A stretch of DNA of 64,000 nt from Magnetospirillum sp. (GTDB lineage Bacteria > Pseudomonadota > Alphaproteobacteria > CACIAM-22H2): positions 1,111,950 through 1,175,949 of the forward strand of contig JAPZUA010000001.1 of the NCBI GenBank assembly GCA_027532905.1, written 5' to 3'. Below, in pieces: positions 40,564 through 49,641 of this stretch (position 1 is its first letter; each line of letters opens with the position of its first letter). Made by a program: the position numbers and the translations under genes. Below the pieces are notes generated by a model. The model was not told the origin of the DNA. It ran no database searches and saw only the letters and a program-made list of their open reading frames with translations.

Positions 40564-41502
40564 ATGCTAAGTTTGATCGTTCGGCGACTTCTGCTCGGCA
40601 TTCCAAACATCATTCTCATTTCAGTACTGCTGTTTTTTACGATTCTTGGCGCTTTGGGCAGCCCCGCAACCCTCATGCTCGGCCTCGATGCAACGCCGGA
40701 ACGGATACTTGAGCTTGAGCGCCAGTACGGTTTCGACCGTCCACTCTACGTGCAGTATATCGATTGGGTATGGAAGGCTCTGAACGGAGACTTCGGTCGG
40801 TCCTATGCGACGAACCAACGTGTCGTCGATGCGCTTTTGCCCCGTATCCTGCCCAGCGTCGAACTGGCACTTCTCGGCATGATCGTCGCAGTTACCACAT
40901 CCGTCGTATTCAGCAGCATTACTGTCGGCCGCAGAATCGTCCAGCCTGTTGTCAACATTCTCAGTCTCATTGGGATCACAGTGCCAAACTTTATGCTTGG
41001 CATCACACTGACATACATTTTCTCCGTCGTATTGGGCATCCTGCCGACATCCGGGTGGGCCCCCTGGTCTGCAGGCATTTTCGAGCATCTGCTCCATCTG
41101 ATCCTGCCTGTGCTGACAGTCGCCGCGTACTACTTCGCCTCGTTTGGCCTCGTGTACCGCGCTGAGTATCGCGCCACATCGCGCCGGCTTTACATTCAGG
41201 TCGCGCGCGCAAAGGGGCTTTCGGAAAGCGCCGTGTCTTTCAGGCATATCCTGCCGAACTCAATTCTTCCTGTAATCACTCAGGTCGGCAGCAGTCTTGG
41301 GCAACTTGCGGCCGGCGCGCTCGTCGCAGAGACGGTCTTCTCCATTCCCGGCGTCGGCACGCTTTTCACAAGCGCGCTCCTATCTCGTGATTTTCCGGTG
41401 TTCCTCGCGATCGGAATGATCACGATTGTCAGCGTGGTTGTCATGAATCTTTTGGCCGACTTGCTTTATGTCGCCGCCAATCCCCAAATCCGGCTCGATT
41501 AG
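40564..41502 (+). CDS. ABC transporter permease (DppB/OppB-like)
   Basis: The polytopic profile matches family-5 peptide/nickel permeases. Confidence 0.85.
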   Translation: MLSLIVRRLLLGIPNIILISVLLFFTILGALGSPATLMLGLDATPERILELERQYGFDRPLYVQYIDWVWKALNGDFGRSYATNQRVVDALLPRILPSVELALLGMIVAVTTSVVFSSITVGRRIVQPVVNILSLIGITVPNFMLGITLTYIFSVVLGILPTSGWAPWSAGIFEHLLHLILPVLTVAAYYFASFGLVYRAEYRATSRRLYIQVARAKGLSESAVSFRHILPNSILPVITQVGSSLGQLAAGALVAETVFSIPGVGTLFTSALLSRDFPVFLAIGMITIVSVVVMNLLADLLYVAANPQIRLD

Positions 41503-41504
41503 CC

Positions 41505-42281
41505 ATGAAGAACCGGAACGCGTTGATTGGATTTGTGATCGTATCCATCGTCACTACGCTGGCGATCGCGGCGCCTTGGATCGCACCCTACGATCCCGCG
41601 ACGACGAGTATCCGCTTGTTCGAGGGCCCGTCTGCGGACCATTGGCTTGGGACGGACCAGCTCGGACGCGATATCTTCAGTCGCATTCTTTTTGGCGCGC
41701 GCGTATCGCTGATAATCGGTGCCGGCTCGGCAGTGGTTGCAGGTATCATCGGCGTGCCCATCGGGCTTGCCGCCGGCTATCTCGGTCGCACTGTCGACAT
41801 GATGGCCATGCAGTTCATCAATCTTTTCATTGCCCTACCGGGGCTTGTTCTCGCACTCATTATCATCACGATGACGGGCGCGACGATGCTCAACATCGTA
41901 TTGGTCCTCGGATTCGTAGCCTGGCCGGGCGTCGCCCGACTGGCTCGCGGGCAGACCTTTGCGATCCGAGAGTCGGTGTATGTCGAGGCTGCACGCGCCG
42001 TCGGGGGCGGCACGGCATGGATCATCATCCGCCACATCTGGCCCAACATCTTTCGCCTCGTAGCAGTCCAGCTTGCGACAGTCGTGGCATTCGCAATATT
42101 CACGTCTTCGAGCCTCAGCTTCCTCGGTTTGGGCGTGCCGCCGCCGACCGCCGACTGGGGCGGAATGGTCCGCAGCGGTGTCGACTATCTGTCCGTCAAT
42201 CCGTACATGAGCCTTGCCCCTGGCTTCTCGGTCGCGATCACTATTTTCGGCTTCTACATGCTGGGCTATCGAGAGGAATAG
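41505..42281 (+). CDS. ABC transporter permease (DppC/OppC-like)
   Basis: Family similarity and operon position. Confidence 0.85.
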   Translation: MKNRNALIGFVIVSIVTTLAIAAPWIAPYDPATTSIRLFEGPSADHWLGTDQLGRDIFSRILFGARVSLIIGAGSAVVAGIIGVPIGLAAGYLGRTVDMMAMQFINLFIALPGLVLALIIITMTGATMLNIVLVLGFVAWPGVARLARGQTFAIRESVYVEAARAVGGGTAWIIIRHIWPNIFRLVAVQLATVVAFAIFTSSSLSFLGLGVPPPTADWGGMVRSGVDYLSVNPYMSLAPGFSVAITIFGFYMLGYREE

Positions 42282-42284
42282 CGA

Positions 42285-43295
42285 ATGGCCCGGAACTCCC
42301 TCCTTGAAGTCGAAAACGTTTCGGTGTCTTTCAAATCGGCGCAAGGACCCATTCGCGCCGTCCGTGACGTCAGCTTTCGGATAAATCCCGGCGAGATCGT
42401 CGCGCTTGTCGGCGAGTCGGGGTCGGGGAAATCCACGACTGGCCTGGCTACAATGCAGTTGATCCCCTCGGCAACGGTATCGGGCCGCATATGTCTTACG
42501 CGAAAAGACGGGACCAAAGCCGATCTGGTGTCATTGAGCGAATCCGACATTCGCAGGGTCCGCGGCAACGAAGTGGCGATGATTTTCCAGGAGCCGATGT
42601 CGTCGCTCGATCCGGTCTTCACGATCGGAACGCAGATGTGCGAAGCGGCGAGGGTCCACCAGCGCCTCTCCTATCGAGAAGCCTATGCCGCATCGATAAA
42701 GGCCCTTGAAGCGGTCGGCATGCCTGATCCCGAAAAATGCATGGAGACCTACCAGCACAAGCTGTCGGGCGGCATGCGGCAGCGCGTCATGATCGCGATG
42801 GCCTTGAGCAGCAAGCCCTCTCTTCTCATCGCCGACGAACCGACGACCGCGCTCGATGTCACCATCCAAGCCCAGATCGTCGAGTACCTGAAGCGTATCC
42901 AGAAACAGACCGGAATGGCGATTCTGTTCATCACTCACAATCTCGGGCTCGTTGCCGAAATCGCCGATCGCGCCATCGTTATGTATGCCGGGGAGATCGT
43001 CGAATCGGGCAGTGTGTCGGAACTGTTCACGCGCCCCCGGATGCCATACACCTCCGGTCTCTTGAAATCGTTGCCACGTCTTGGACGGAAGAAGACACTC
43101 GGCACGCCGATCGAGCCTATTCCCGGCAGCCTTCCGAGCCCTCTTGCGCTTCCAAGCGGCTGCAAGTTCCATCCTCGTTGCGGCCACTTCGTCGCCGGGG
43201 TCTGCGACACGGCCGTTCCCGAACTCGAATCCAGCGACCAGGCGCATCAGGTTCGCTGCGCCCGCTGGCGCGACATCGCGAGGACAGCGCAATGA
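42285..43295 (+). CDS. ABC transporter ATP-binding protein (DppD-like)
   Basis: Walker A (GESGSGKST), the signature LSGGMRQR, Walker B, and a C-terminal oligopeptide-ABC extension. Confidence 0.9.
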   Translation: MARNSLLEVENVSVSFKSAQGPIRAVRDVSFRINPGEIVALVGESGSGKSTTGLATMQLIPSATVSGRICLTRKDGTKADLVSLSESDIRRVRGNEVAMIFQEPMSSLDPVFTIGTQMCEAARVHQRLSYREAYAASIKALEAVGMPDPEKCMETYQHKLSGGMRQRVMIAMALSSKPSLLIADEPTTALDVTIQAQIVEYLKRIQKQTGMAILFITHNLGLVAEIADRAIVMYAGEIVESGSVSELFTRPRMPYTSGLLKSLPRLGRKKTLGTPIEPIPGSLPSPLALPSGCKFHPRCGHFVAGVCDTAVPELESSDQAHQVRCARWRDIARTAQ

Positions 43296-44293
43296 GTTCG
43301 GAAATGGCACCGCTTCTGCAGGTCGAAGGGCTGAGGAAATGGTTCGACATCACGCGCGGCGTATTCGGCCGCAAGGTCGGCCAGGTGAAGGCCGTCGACG
43401 ACGTTTCTTTCACGGTCCGCTCGCGTGAGGTTTTAGGATTAGCGGGCGAGTCGGGGTCGGGAAAAACCACGATTGGCCGTTCCGTCCTTCGCCTCGTCGA
43501 GCCAAGCGCGGGCCGTGTTGTTTTCGACGGCACTGACGTGACCTCTCTGAACACAGCGGACCTCCGCCGATTTCGGCGCAGGATGCAGATTATCTTTCAG
43601 GATCCGCTCGCGGCCCTGAACCCGCAAATGACGATCGAGGAGGTTTTAAGCGAACCCTTGATCGTCCAAGGTATCGGCCGCAGCGACGCTGATCGACGCA
43701 ACCGAGCCGTGGAACTGCTCGATAGTGTGTCGCTTTCAAGCGACTATCTTAAGCGCCGTCCCGGGGAAATGTCCGGCGGTCAACGGCAGAGAATCGTCAT
43801 CGCCCGCGCGCTCGCCGTGAACCCGGAGTTCATCGTCGCGGACGAGCCGGTTTCGGCGCTCGACGTATCGATCCAGGCACAAATCATCGCGCTTTTGATC
43901 GAGCTGAAGGGTCGCCTTGGTTTGTCCATGCTCTTCATTTCCCACGATCTCGCGGCAATGGAATACATCTCCGACCGAATTGCGGTTCTTTATCTCGGTC
44001 GCGTCATGGAGATCGGTCCAAGTTCCGAGGTCTGCGGCAATTTCAAGCATCCCTATACGGAGATGCTGATCTCGGCCGTCCCGCAACCCGAGCCCGGATA
44101 CCAGCGCAAGATTTTTCCGGCAGGCGAGATTCCGAGCGCTGCGTCTCCGCCCAGCGGCTGCGTATTTCGGACTCGCTGCAGCTACGCACGGCCTGAATGC
44201 GCGCAAATTGTTCCGCAGTTGCGGAAAGTGGCCGAAGATCATTACACCGCATGTATCCGCGATGATTTATCCCTCTCGAGGGTGCTGCTATGA
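43292..44293 (+). CDS. ABC transporter ATP-binding protein (DppF-like)
   Basis: Walker A (GESGSGKTT) and the signature MSGGQRQR. The ATG at 43292 overlaps the previous stop (ATGA). The 518-aa track ORF is over-extended. Confidence 0.9.
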   Translation: MSSEMAPLLQVEGLRKWFDITRGVFGRKVGQVKAVDDVSFTVRSREVLGLAGESGSGKTTIGRSVLRLVEPSAGRVVFDGTDVTSLNTADLRRFRRRMQIIFQDPLAALNPQMTIEEVLSEPLIVQGIGRSDADRRNRAVELLDSVSLSSDYLKRRPGEMSGGQRQRIVIARALAVNPEFIVADEPVSALDVSIQAQIIALLIELKGRLGLSMLFISHDLAAMEYISDRIAVLYLGRVMEIGPSSEVCGNFKHPYTEMLISAVPQPEPGYQRKIFPAGEIPSAASPPSGCVFRTRCSYARPECAQIVPQLRKVAEDHYTACIRDDLSLSRVLL

Positions 44294-44391
44294 TCGGACA
44301 CGTCCAAAGCTATGCAGGCGAAGTCAAACGGCACCGCGATGATTGATCACTGTCCGGAGCAGAAGCGTTCGCTCGGAAACGCGGGTGCGAA

Positions 44392-45252
44392 ATGAAACCG
44401 GCGCCATTCACGCATCACAACCCGAAGACCTTGGCCGAAGCGATTTCACTGCTTTCGGTCCTCGCGCCCGAGGACGGACGAATCATTGCTGGTGGTCAGA
44501 CTCTTGTCCCGATGATGGCGTTTCGCTTGGCCCGTCCCCGGCATGTCATCGACATCAATGGAATTACAGAGCTTGGGAAAATCACGATCGAGAACGGCAC
44601 AATGACGATCGGCGCCACCGTGCGCCACAATGCCTTTGAAAAGCCGTATCCCGGGAGCGGGAAGCTTGGAAGCCTTCTTGCGAACGTCGTGCAAAACATT
44701 GCGCATGCGCCCATTCGGTCCCGTGGCACTTTCTGCGGTAGCATTGCAAATTCGGACCCCGCGTCGGAATGGTGTCTCGTATCGACAACTGCTGGCGCGG
44801 AGATCGTATTGGCAAGCGTACGCGGCGAGCGAATCGTTCCAGCACATGATTTTTATACCGGCATAATGGCCAATGCGCTCGCAGAAGACGAAATTATCAC
44901 CAAGGTCCGTATCCCGCTTCTTTCGGACGATACGCGGTTTGGATTTCACGAGGTAAGCCGAAGAAAAGGCGATTTTGCAATGGCAGCTTGCCTCGCGATC
45001 TATCGTCTGTCGAACGGCAAAGCACTCGAACCAAGAATCGGACTTGGCGGTGTCCAAGCAATTCCGAAACGCGTCACCGCGGCCGAAGAAGCTCTTCGCG
45101 GCGGCGACATTGGGGGCGAGCTGTTCCGTCAAACCGCATCCGTCGCGATGCGCGCGATCGATCCGCTCGATGACGAGGAGTTTCCGGAGCAATATCGTCG
45201 GGAGCTGGCGCAGGCGGTGGTCGCGCGCGCATTGGAAAGCAGCGTCGCATGA
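44392..45252 (+). CDS. Mo-hydroxylase FAD-binding subunit (CoxM/XdhB-like), copy 1
   Basis: The FAD-binding-5 domain is present (AGGQTLVPMM, GT.GGS). Confidence 0.85.
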   Translation: MKPAPFTHHNPKTLAEAISLLSVLAPEDGRIIAGGQTLVPMMAFRLARPRHVIDINGITELGKITIENGTMTIGATVRHNAFEKPYPGSGKLGSLLANVVQNIAHAPIRSRGTFCGSIANSDPASEWCLVSTTAGAEIVLASVRGERIVPAHDFYTGIMANALAEDEIITKVRIPLLSDDTRFGFHEVSRRKGDFAMAACLAIYRLSNGKALEPRIGLGGVQAIPKRVTAAEEALRGGDIGGELFRQTASVAMRAIDPLDDEEFPEQYRRELAQAVVARALESSVA

Positions 45253-45737
45253 CAGACGAAGTGGATATCAGCCTATCCGTCAACGGACGGACCTATCGCT
45301 TTAAGGCGGAGCCCCGGCGAACCCTGGCGGACGCGCTGAGAGAAGATTGCGGACTGACCGGGACACATCTCGGCTGTGAACACGGCGTCTGCGGAACGTG
45401 CACCGTCAGCATGGACGGACAGCCAGTCCGCGCGTGTCTGATGTTTGCTGTCCAAGCGCAAGGGGCAAAGATCGTTACCGTCGAAGGCCTCGCATCGGGA
45501 TCGGAGCTGCATCCGCTTCAAAAGGCTTTCATCGAACATCACGCTCTTCAGTGCGGCTTTTGTACGCCTGGATTTCTGATGCTCGCATGGACCGAGCTCG
45601 CAAAGAATCCGAACCCAAGCGATGAAGAGCTGACTGACATTCTGTCGTCCAATCTATGTCGCTGCACAGGATACAAGAACATCTTTTCCGCGGTAAAAGC
45701 AGCGGCCAATGAAATGCGAAATGGAGCGCCAAAATGA
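45249..45737 (+). CDS. (2Fe-2S)-binding subunit (CoxS-like), copy 1
   Basis: Two [2Fe-2S] cysteine motifs are present (CEHGVCGTC and CGFCTPG). Confidence 0.9.
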   Translation: MTDEVDISLSVNGRTYRFKAEPRRTLADALREDCGLTGTHLGCEHGVCGTCTVSMDGQPVRACLMFAVQAQGAKIVTVEGLASGSELHPLQKAFIEHHALQCGFCTPGFLMLAWTELAKNPNPSDEELTDILSSNLCRCTGYKNIFSAVKAAANEMRNGAPK

Positions 45738-48088
45738 GTATCCAGGCCGCCCCATCGCAGCGAAAGGAGACCAAAGTCTTCGGAAAACGCGTGCCGCGTC
45801 TCGAAGATCTTCCCCTCGTCAAAGGGCTCGGACGGTTCGTCGCGGACCTCTCGTTTCCCCATCAGCTTTACATGCGCGTCGTTCGCTCGCCGATCGCACA
45901 CGGGACGATCACACGGATCGACGCTGACGAGGCGCGTAAGGCGCCAGGCGTGGTCGCGATTTGGACGCACGCCGACATCGCATCATACCCTCTGATCGAC
46001 TTTAGAGATCCATCCGCGGAAGCGTTGATGCCATACCGGCAACCGCTGCTCGCCAAGGACCGTGTCCGATATGTCGGCGAGCCGATTGCCGTGGTGTTTG
46101 CCGAGTCCGCCTACCTTGCCGAAGACGCAGCAGACTTGGTCTTTGCCGAAATCGACGAGCTTCCTCCGCATATGGATGCTCAAGCGGACTGCGCCAGCTT
46201 CGCGCCGGGCATTTCGACCGAACCGATCGTATTGAAGCAAGGATTCGGCGATCTACCGGGCGCGTTCGCCAACGCCCACTGCGTCGTCGAACTGGAACTC
46301 TCGATCGGGCGCCACTCGGGCGTTCCAATGGAATGCCGGGGTGCGATCGGGCGCTACGATGCAGCGCAAGACGTTCTCGAGCTGTGGGGAGCGGCGAAGG
46401 TGCCGTTGCGCAACCGAGAAACGATGGCGCGTTACTTCCAGCGTAGCTCGGCATCCGTGCAGCTCTACGAACTACATGTCGGCGGCGGATTCGGCGTTCG
46501 CGGCGAGTTGTACCCCGAAGATTTCCTCGTATGCGCGGCCAGCATGACACTTGGCCGACCGGTAAAGTGGATCGAGGACCGCCGGGAACATCTCATGGCG
46601 ACAAACCAGTCGCGCGAACAATATCACCGCGTCCGAGCGGCTGTCGATCAGACCGGCCGCATTCTGGCGCTCAGCGACGTGTTTTTCCACGATCAAGGCG
46701 CTTACGTCAGAACCCATGGCGCGAGGGTCGCGGATCTGACGATCGGTATGCTACCGGGCCCGTACCACGTGCCTGTCTATCAAGGCATCGGCCATTTTCG
46801 CCTGACGAACAAAACGCCCGCTGCCACCTATCGATCGCCTGGGCGTTACGAGGGCTCTTTCGTTCGCGAGCGTCTTGTTGATGCGATTGCAGCAAAGTTG
46901 GGGCTCGATCGGATCGAGGTTCGCCGACGCAATCTGATCCCAAGCGCCGACATGCCCTACACACGGCAACTCGGCGCGCTCGGAACCGAGGTTGTGCTCG
47001 ATTCCGGCGATTACGCCGGCCTCCTGCAAACGTCGATCGATCGCTTTGGGTGGGACGAATTGCAGAAGACGATCCGCGTGCGTCGAGCACAGGGTGAATT
47101 CGTCGGCGCCGGCATCGCGATGTTCCTCGAAAAAAGCGGGATGGGACCGTCCGACAGCGTCACGGTCAGCGTCGATCCCATGGGTTTCGTCGAAGTCGTC
47201 ACAGGTGGAGCTTCTGTCGGGCAAGGCTTCGAAACAGCCATGGCGCAGATCTGCGCCGAAACGCTCGGCGTCGACTATCGACGCATCCGGGTCGTACATG
47301 GACAAACGGACCGAATTCGCTTCGGAATTGGGGCCCATGCGTCGCGCGCCACGGTTATGACCGGAAACGCCGTCCACGCAGCCGCAACGAATGTTCGCGA
47401 TCTTGCCCTCAAGCATGCATCCGTCTTGTTGCAGGCACCGGCTGAACTGCTCGACATCGTCGATGGCATCGTCGCCCGAAAGGGCAGCCCAAGTGGGCCC
47501 ACGATTTCCCTCGGCCAGTTGTCGCGGCAATTGTCGCCCGGCCCTGAAGCGATCGCACGCGGGACAAACGGTCTCTCCTGCGAAGGATGGTTCTATGCCG
47601 ACCACATGACCTACCCCTATGGAGTCCACTTGGCGCTTGTACGAGTGGACGGGGAAACAGGTCAGGTCTTTGTCGAGCGCTACATGGTCGCGAGCGATGT
47701 CGGCCGAGCGGTCAACCCAATGATTGTCGAGGGCCAGGTTGTAGGCGGCGTCGCGCAGGGGCTCGGCGGCGCTCTTTACGAACAGTTCCGCTACAGCGAT
47801 ACCGGACAGCCGCTCTCACTGAATTTTGCGGAGTATCTGATACCAACCGCGCATGAGGTGCCCGACGTCGAAGTCATCGTCGCGGAGGACGCACCAAGCC
47901 CCCTCAATCCACTCGGGATCAAGGGCGCTGGCGAGGGCGGCTGCACGGGCGTCGGGGCAGCCATCGCCTCTGCTGTCGACGACGCGATCGGCATCCCGGG
48001 GGCTATCACATCCCTTCCCATCACGCCCGCGAAGCTGAAAGCGCTGCTTAAGAACAGACGCGACAATTCGAACGGCGACAGCACATGA
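45734..48088 (+). CDS. Xanthine dehydrogenase-family molybdopterin-binding subunit (large subunit 3)
   Basis: The 784-aa product has Mo-hydroxylase large-subunit motifs. Confidence 0.85.
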   Translation: MSIQAAPSQRKETKVFGKRVPRLEDLPLVKGLGRFVADLSFPHQLYMRVVRSPIAHGTITRIDADEARKAPGVVAIWTHADIASYPLIDFRDPSAEALMPYRQPLLAKDRVRYVGEPIAVVFAESAYLAEDAADLVFAEIDELPPHMDAQADCASFAPGISTEPIVLKQGFGDLPGAFANAHCVVELELSIGRHSGVPMECRGAIGRYDAAQDVLELWGAAKVPLRNRETMARYFQRSSASVQLYELHVGGGFGVRGELYPEDFLVCAASMTLGRPVKWIEDRREHLMATNQSREQYHRVRAAVDQTGRILALSDVFFHDQGAYVRTHGARVADLTIGMLPGPYHVPVYQGIGHFRLTNKTPAATYRSPGRYEGSFVRERLVDAIAAKLGLDRIEVRRRNLIPSADMPYTRQLGALGTEVVLDSGDYAGLLQTSIDRFGWDELQKTIRVRRAQGEFVGAGIAMFLEKSGMGPSDSVTVSVDPMGFVEVVTGGASVGQGFETAMAQICAETLGVDYRRIRVVHGQTDRIRFGIGAHASRATVMTGNAVHAAATNVRDLALKHASVLLQAPAELLDIVDGIVARKGSPSGPTISLGQLSRQLSPGPEAIARGTNGLSCEGWFYADHMTYPYGVHLALVRVDGETGQVFVERYMVASDVGRAVNPMIVEGQVVGGVAQGLGGALYEQFRYSDTGQPLSLNFAEYLIPTAHEVPDVEVIVAEDAPSPLNPLGIKGAGEGGCTGVGAAIASAVDDAIGIPGAITSLPITPAKLKALLKNRRDNSNGDST

Positions 48089-48960
48089 AAGCAGCTCCTT
48101 TTCAGTATCACGATCCCACCTCGATAGACGAGGCGATCGACCTACTTGGCAAACTGGAGAACGCAAAAGTTCTTGCCGGCGGCCAGTCGTTGATGGCGAT
48201 GCTCAACATGAGATACGCCCAACCCGATCACGTCGTGGACATCAATCGCATCGCAGATCTTTCGTATATTCGGGAAGCAAACGGCGCACTCGTTATCGGC
48301 GCCATGACCCGCCAGCGCGATCTGGAGTTTTCTGATCTCGTTCGCAGGACCTGTCCCATACTCCACGAAGCGATCCAGCATGTCGGCCACCGCCAGACGC
48401 GCAATCGCGGAACCGTCGGCGGATCGCTTTGCCACCTCGATCCGTCCGCCGAACTCGCAGCGATGGCTGCGCTGCACAACGCAACGCTGACAGTGGCAGG
48501 TCCAAAGGGCTCTCGGGAGCTTGCCTTCAAAGAGTTCGCGCTCGGCTTTATGACGCCGGCGCTGGAAGTCGACGAAATTCTGACGGCGATTCGGATCGAA
48601 TTCTGGCCTAAGGGCCACGGCTACGGGTTTCTCGAATTCGCCCGTCGGCACGGAGATTTCGCCGTCGCGTCGGCTGGGGCGCTGATCACGCTCGACGCAA
48701 AAGGCTTAATCGACCGGGCCAGCCTCGTGATTGGCGGCGTCGGCTCGGTACCTACGCGAGTAGAAAGCGCCGAGCAGATCTTGCTGGGCACGCAGCCGAC
48801 CCAGGCCGTTTTCGAGGAAGCTGCGCGCGCCTGCAAATCGATCGAAGCCCTCGACGATATCCATGCACCGGCCTCCTATCGATTGCATCTGGCGGAAACC
48901 CTGGCGCGACGAGCTCTTGCCAAAGCCCTCCTCAGCCTGAGATCGGACGGAGAACAATGA
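48085..48960 (+). CDS. Mo-hydroxylase FAD-binding subunit (CoxM-like), copy 2
   Basis: Paralog of 44392-45252 (AGGQSLMAML, GT.GGSL). Confidence 0.85.
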   Translation: MKAAPFQYHDPTSIDEAIDLLGKLENAKVLAGGQSLMAMLNMRYAQPDHVVDINRIADLSYIREANGALVIGAMTRQRDLEFSDLVRRTCPILHEAIQHVGHRQTRNRGTVGGSLCHLDPSAELAAMAALHNATLTVAGPKGSRELAFKEFALGFMTPALEVDEILTAIRIEFWPKGHGYGFLEFARRHGDFAVASAGALITLDAKGLIDRASLVIGGVGSVPTRVESAEQILLGTQPTQAVFEEAARACKSIEALDDIHAPASYRLHLAETLARRALAKALLSLRSDGEQ

Positions 48961-49445
48961 CGATGGATTCCCGCGACATTGTCGTTACGGTGAATGGCAT
49001 CCGCCACGAGGCAACGGTGAAAACGCGCGTCACCCTCGCGGACTTTCTGCGTCACCAACTCGAGCTTACGGGCACACATCTCGGATGCGAGCACGGCGTC
49101 TGCGGCGCATGCACCGTCCTTGTTGATGGCCGTACGGCACGCTCTTGTCTGATGCTGGCAGTTCAGGCGCACGGCCACGAAATCAGAACTGTCGAAGGTA
49201 TAGCTCCGAACGCAAAGGAACTGCATCCGCTGCAGACGGCTTTCCAGAAACATCATGGACTGCAATGCGGCTTCTGCACGCCCGGAATGCTGACGACTTT
49301 GATCGAGTTCCTCCACGACAATCCAGATCCGACGGAAGCCGAAGTAAGAATAGCGATATCCGGCAATCTCTGTCGCTGCACCGGCTATCAGGGAATCGTC
49401 GATGCCGCCCTCGATGCCGCAAAAACAATGCGCAACAGCACATGA
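48957..49445 (+). CDS. (2Fe-2S)-binding subunit (CoxS-like), copy 2
   Basis: Paralog of 45249-45737 (CEHGVCGAC and CGFCTPG). Confidence 0.9.
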   Translation: MTMDSRDIVVTVNGIRHEATVKTRVTLADFLRHQLELTGTHLGCEHGVCGACTVLVDGRTARSCLMLAVQAHGHEIRTVEGIAPNAKELHPLQTAFQKHHGLQCGFCTPGMLTTLIEFLHDNPDPTEAEVRIAISGNLCRCTGYQGIVDAALDAAKTMRNST

Positions 49446-49461
49446 GTACGCCGTGCAAGAT

Positions 49462-49641
49462 ATGACCGAAAAGTCGCTTCAGGATATGGCGGAAGCCGCC
49501 GGACTGGGATTGGCGTTCCAGTTGTTTCCCGAGGACATTCGAGCGGCTGTGAAGCAAGTCGCAAATCAGCGCGCCGCACTTCGGGACGATATCTCGGCGG
49601 CGGAGGAGCCATGGCCTCCCATGACTATTCCCGGGAAATGA
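49462..49641 (+). CDS. AtzG-like (DUF4089-type) small protein, putative amidase small subunit
   Basis: A 59-aa helical peptide. Its stop overlaps the start of the amidase-signature gene (ATGA). Its size and position resemble the AtzG partner of AtzE-type amidases. Confidence 0.45.
   Translation: MTEKSLQDMAEAAGLGLAFQLFPEDIRAAVKQVANQRAALRDDISAAEEPWPPMTIPGK

Noticed and set aside
42737-44293. A 518-aa ORF that extends the second ABC ATPase upstream.
   Set aside because: The N-terminal 185 aa are the out-of-frame antisense of the first ATPase. The true start is the ATG at 43292, which overlaps the preceding stop (ATGA).
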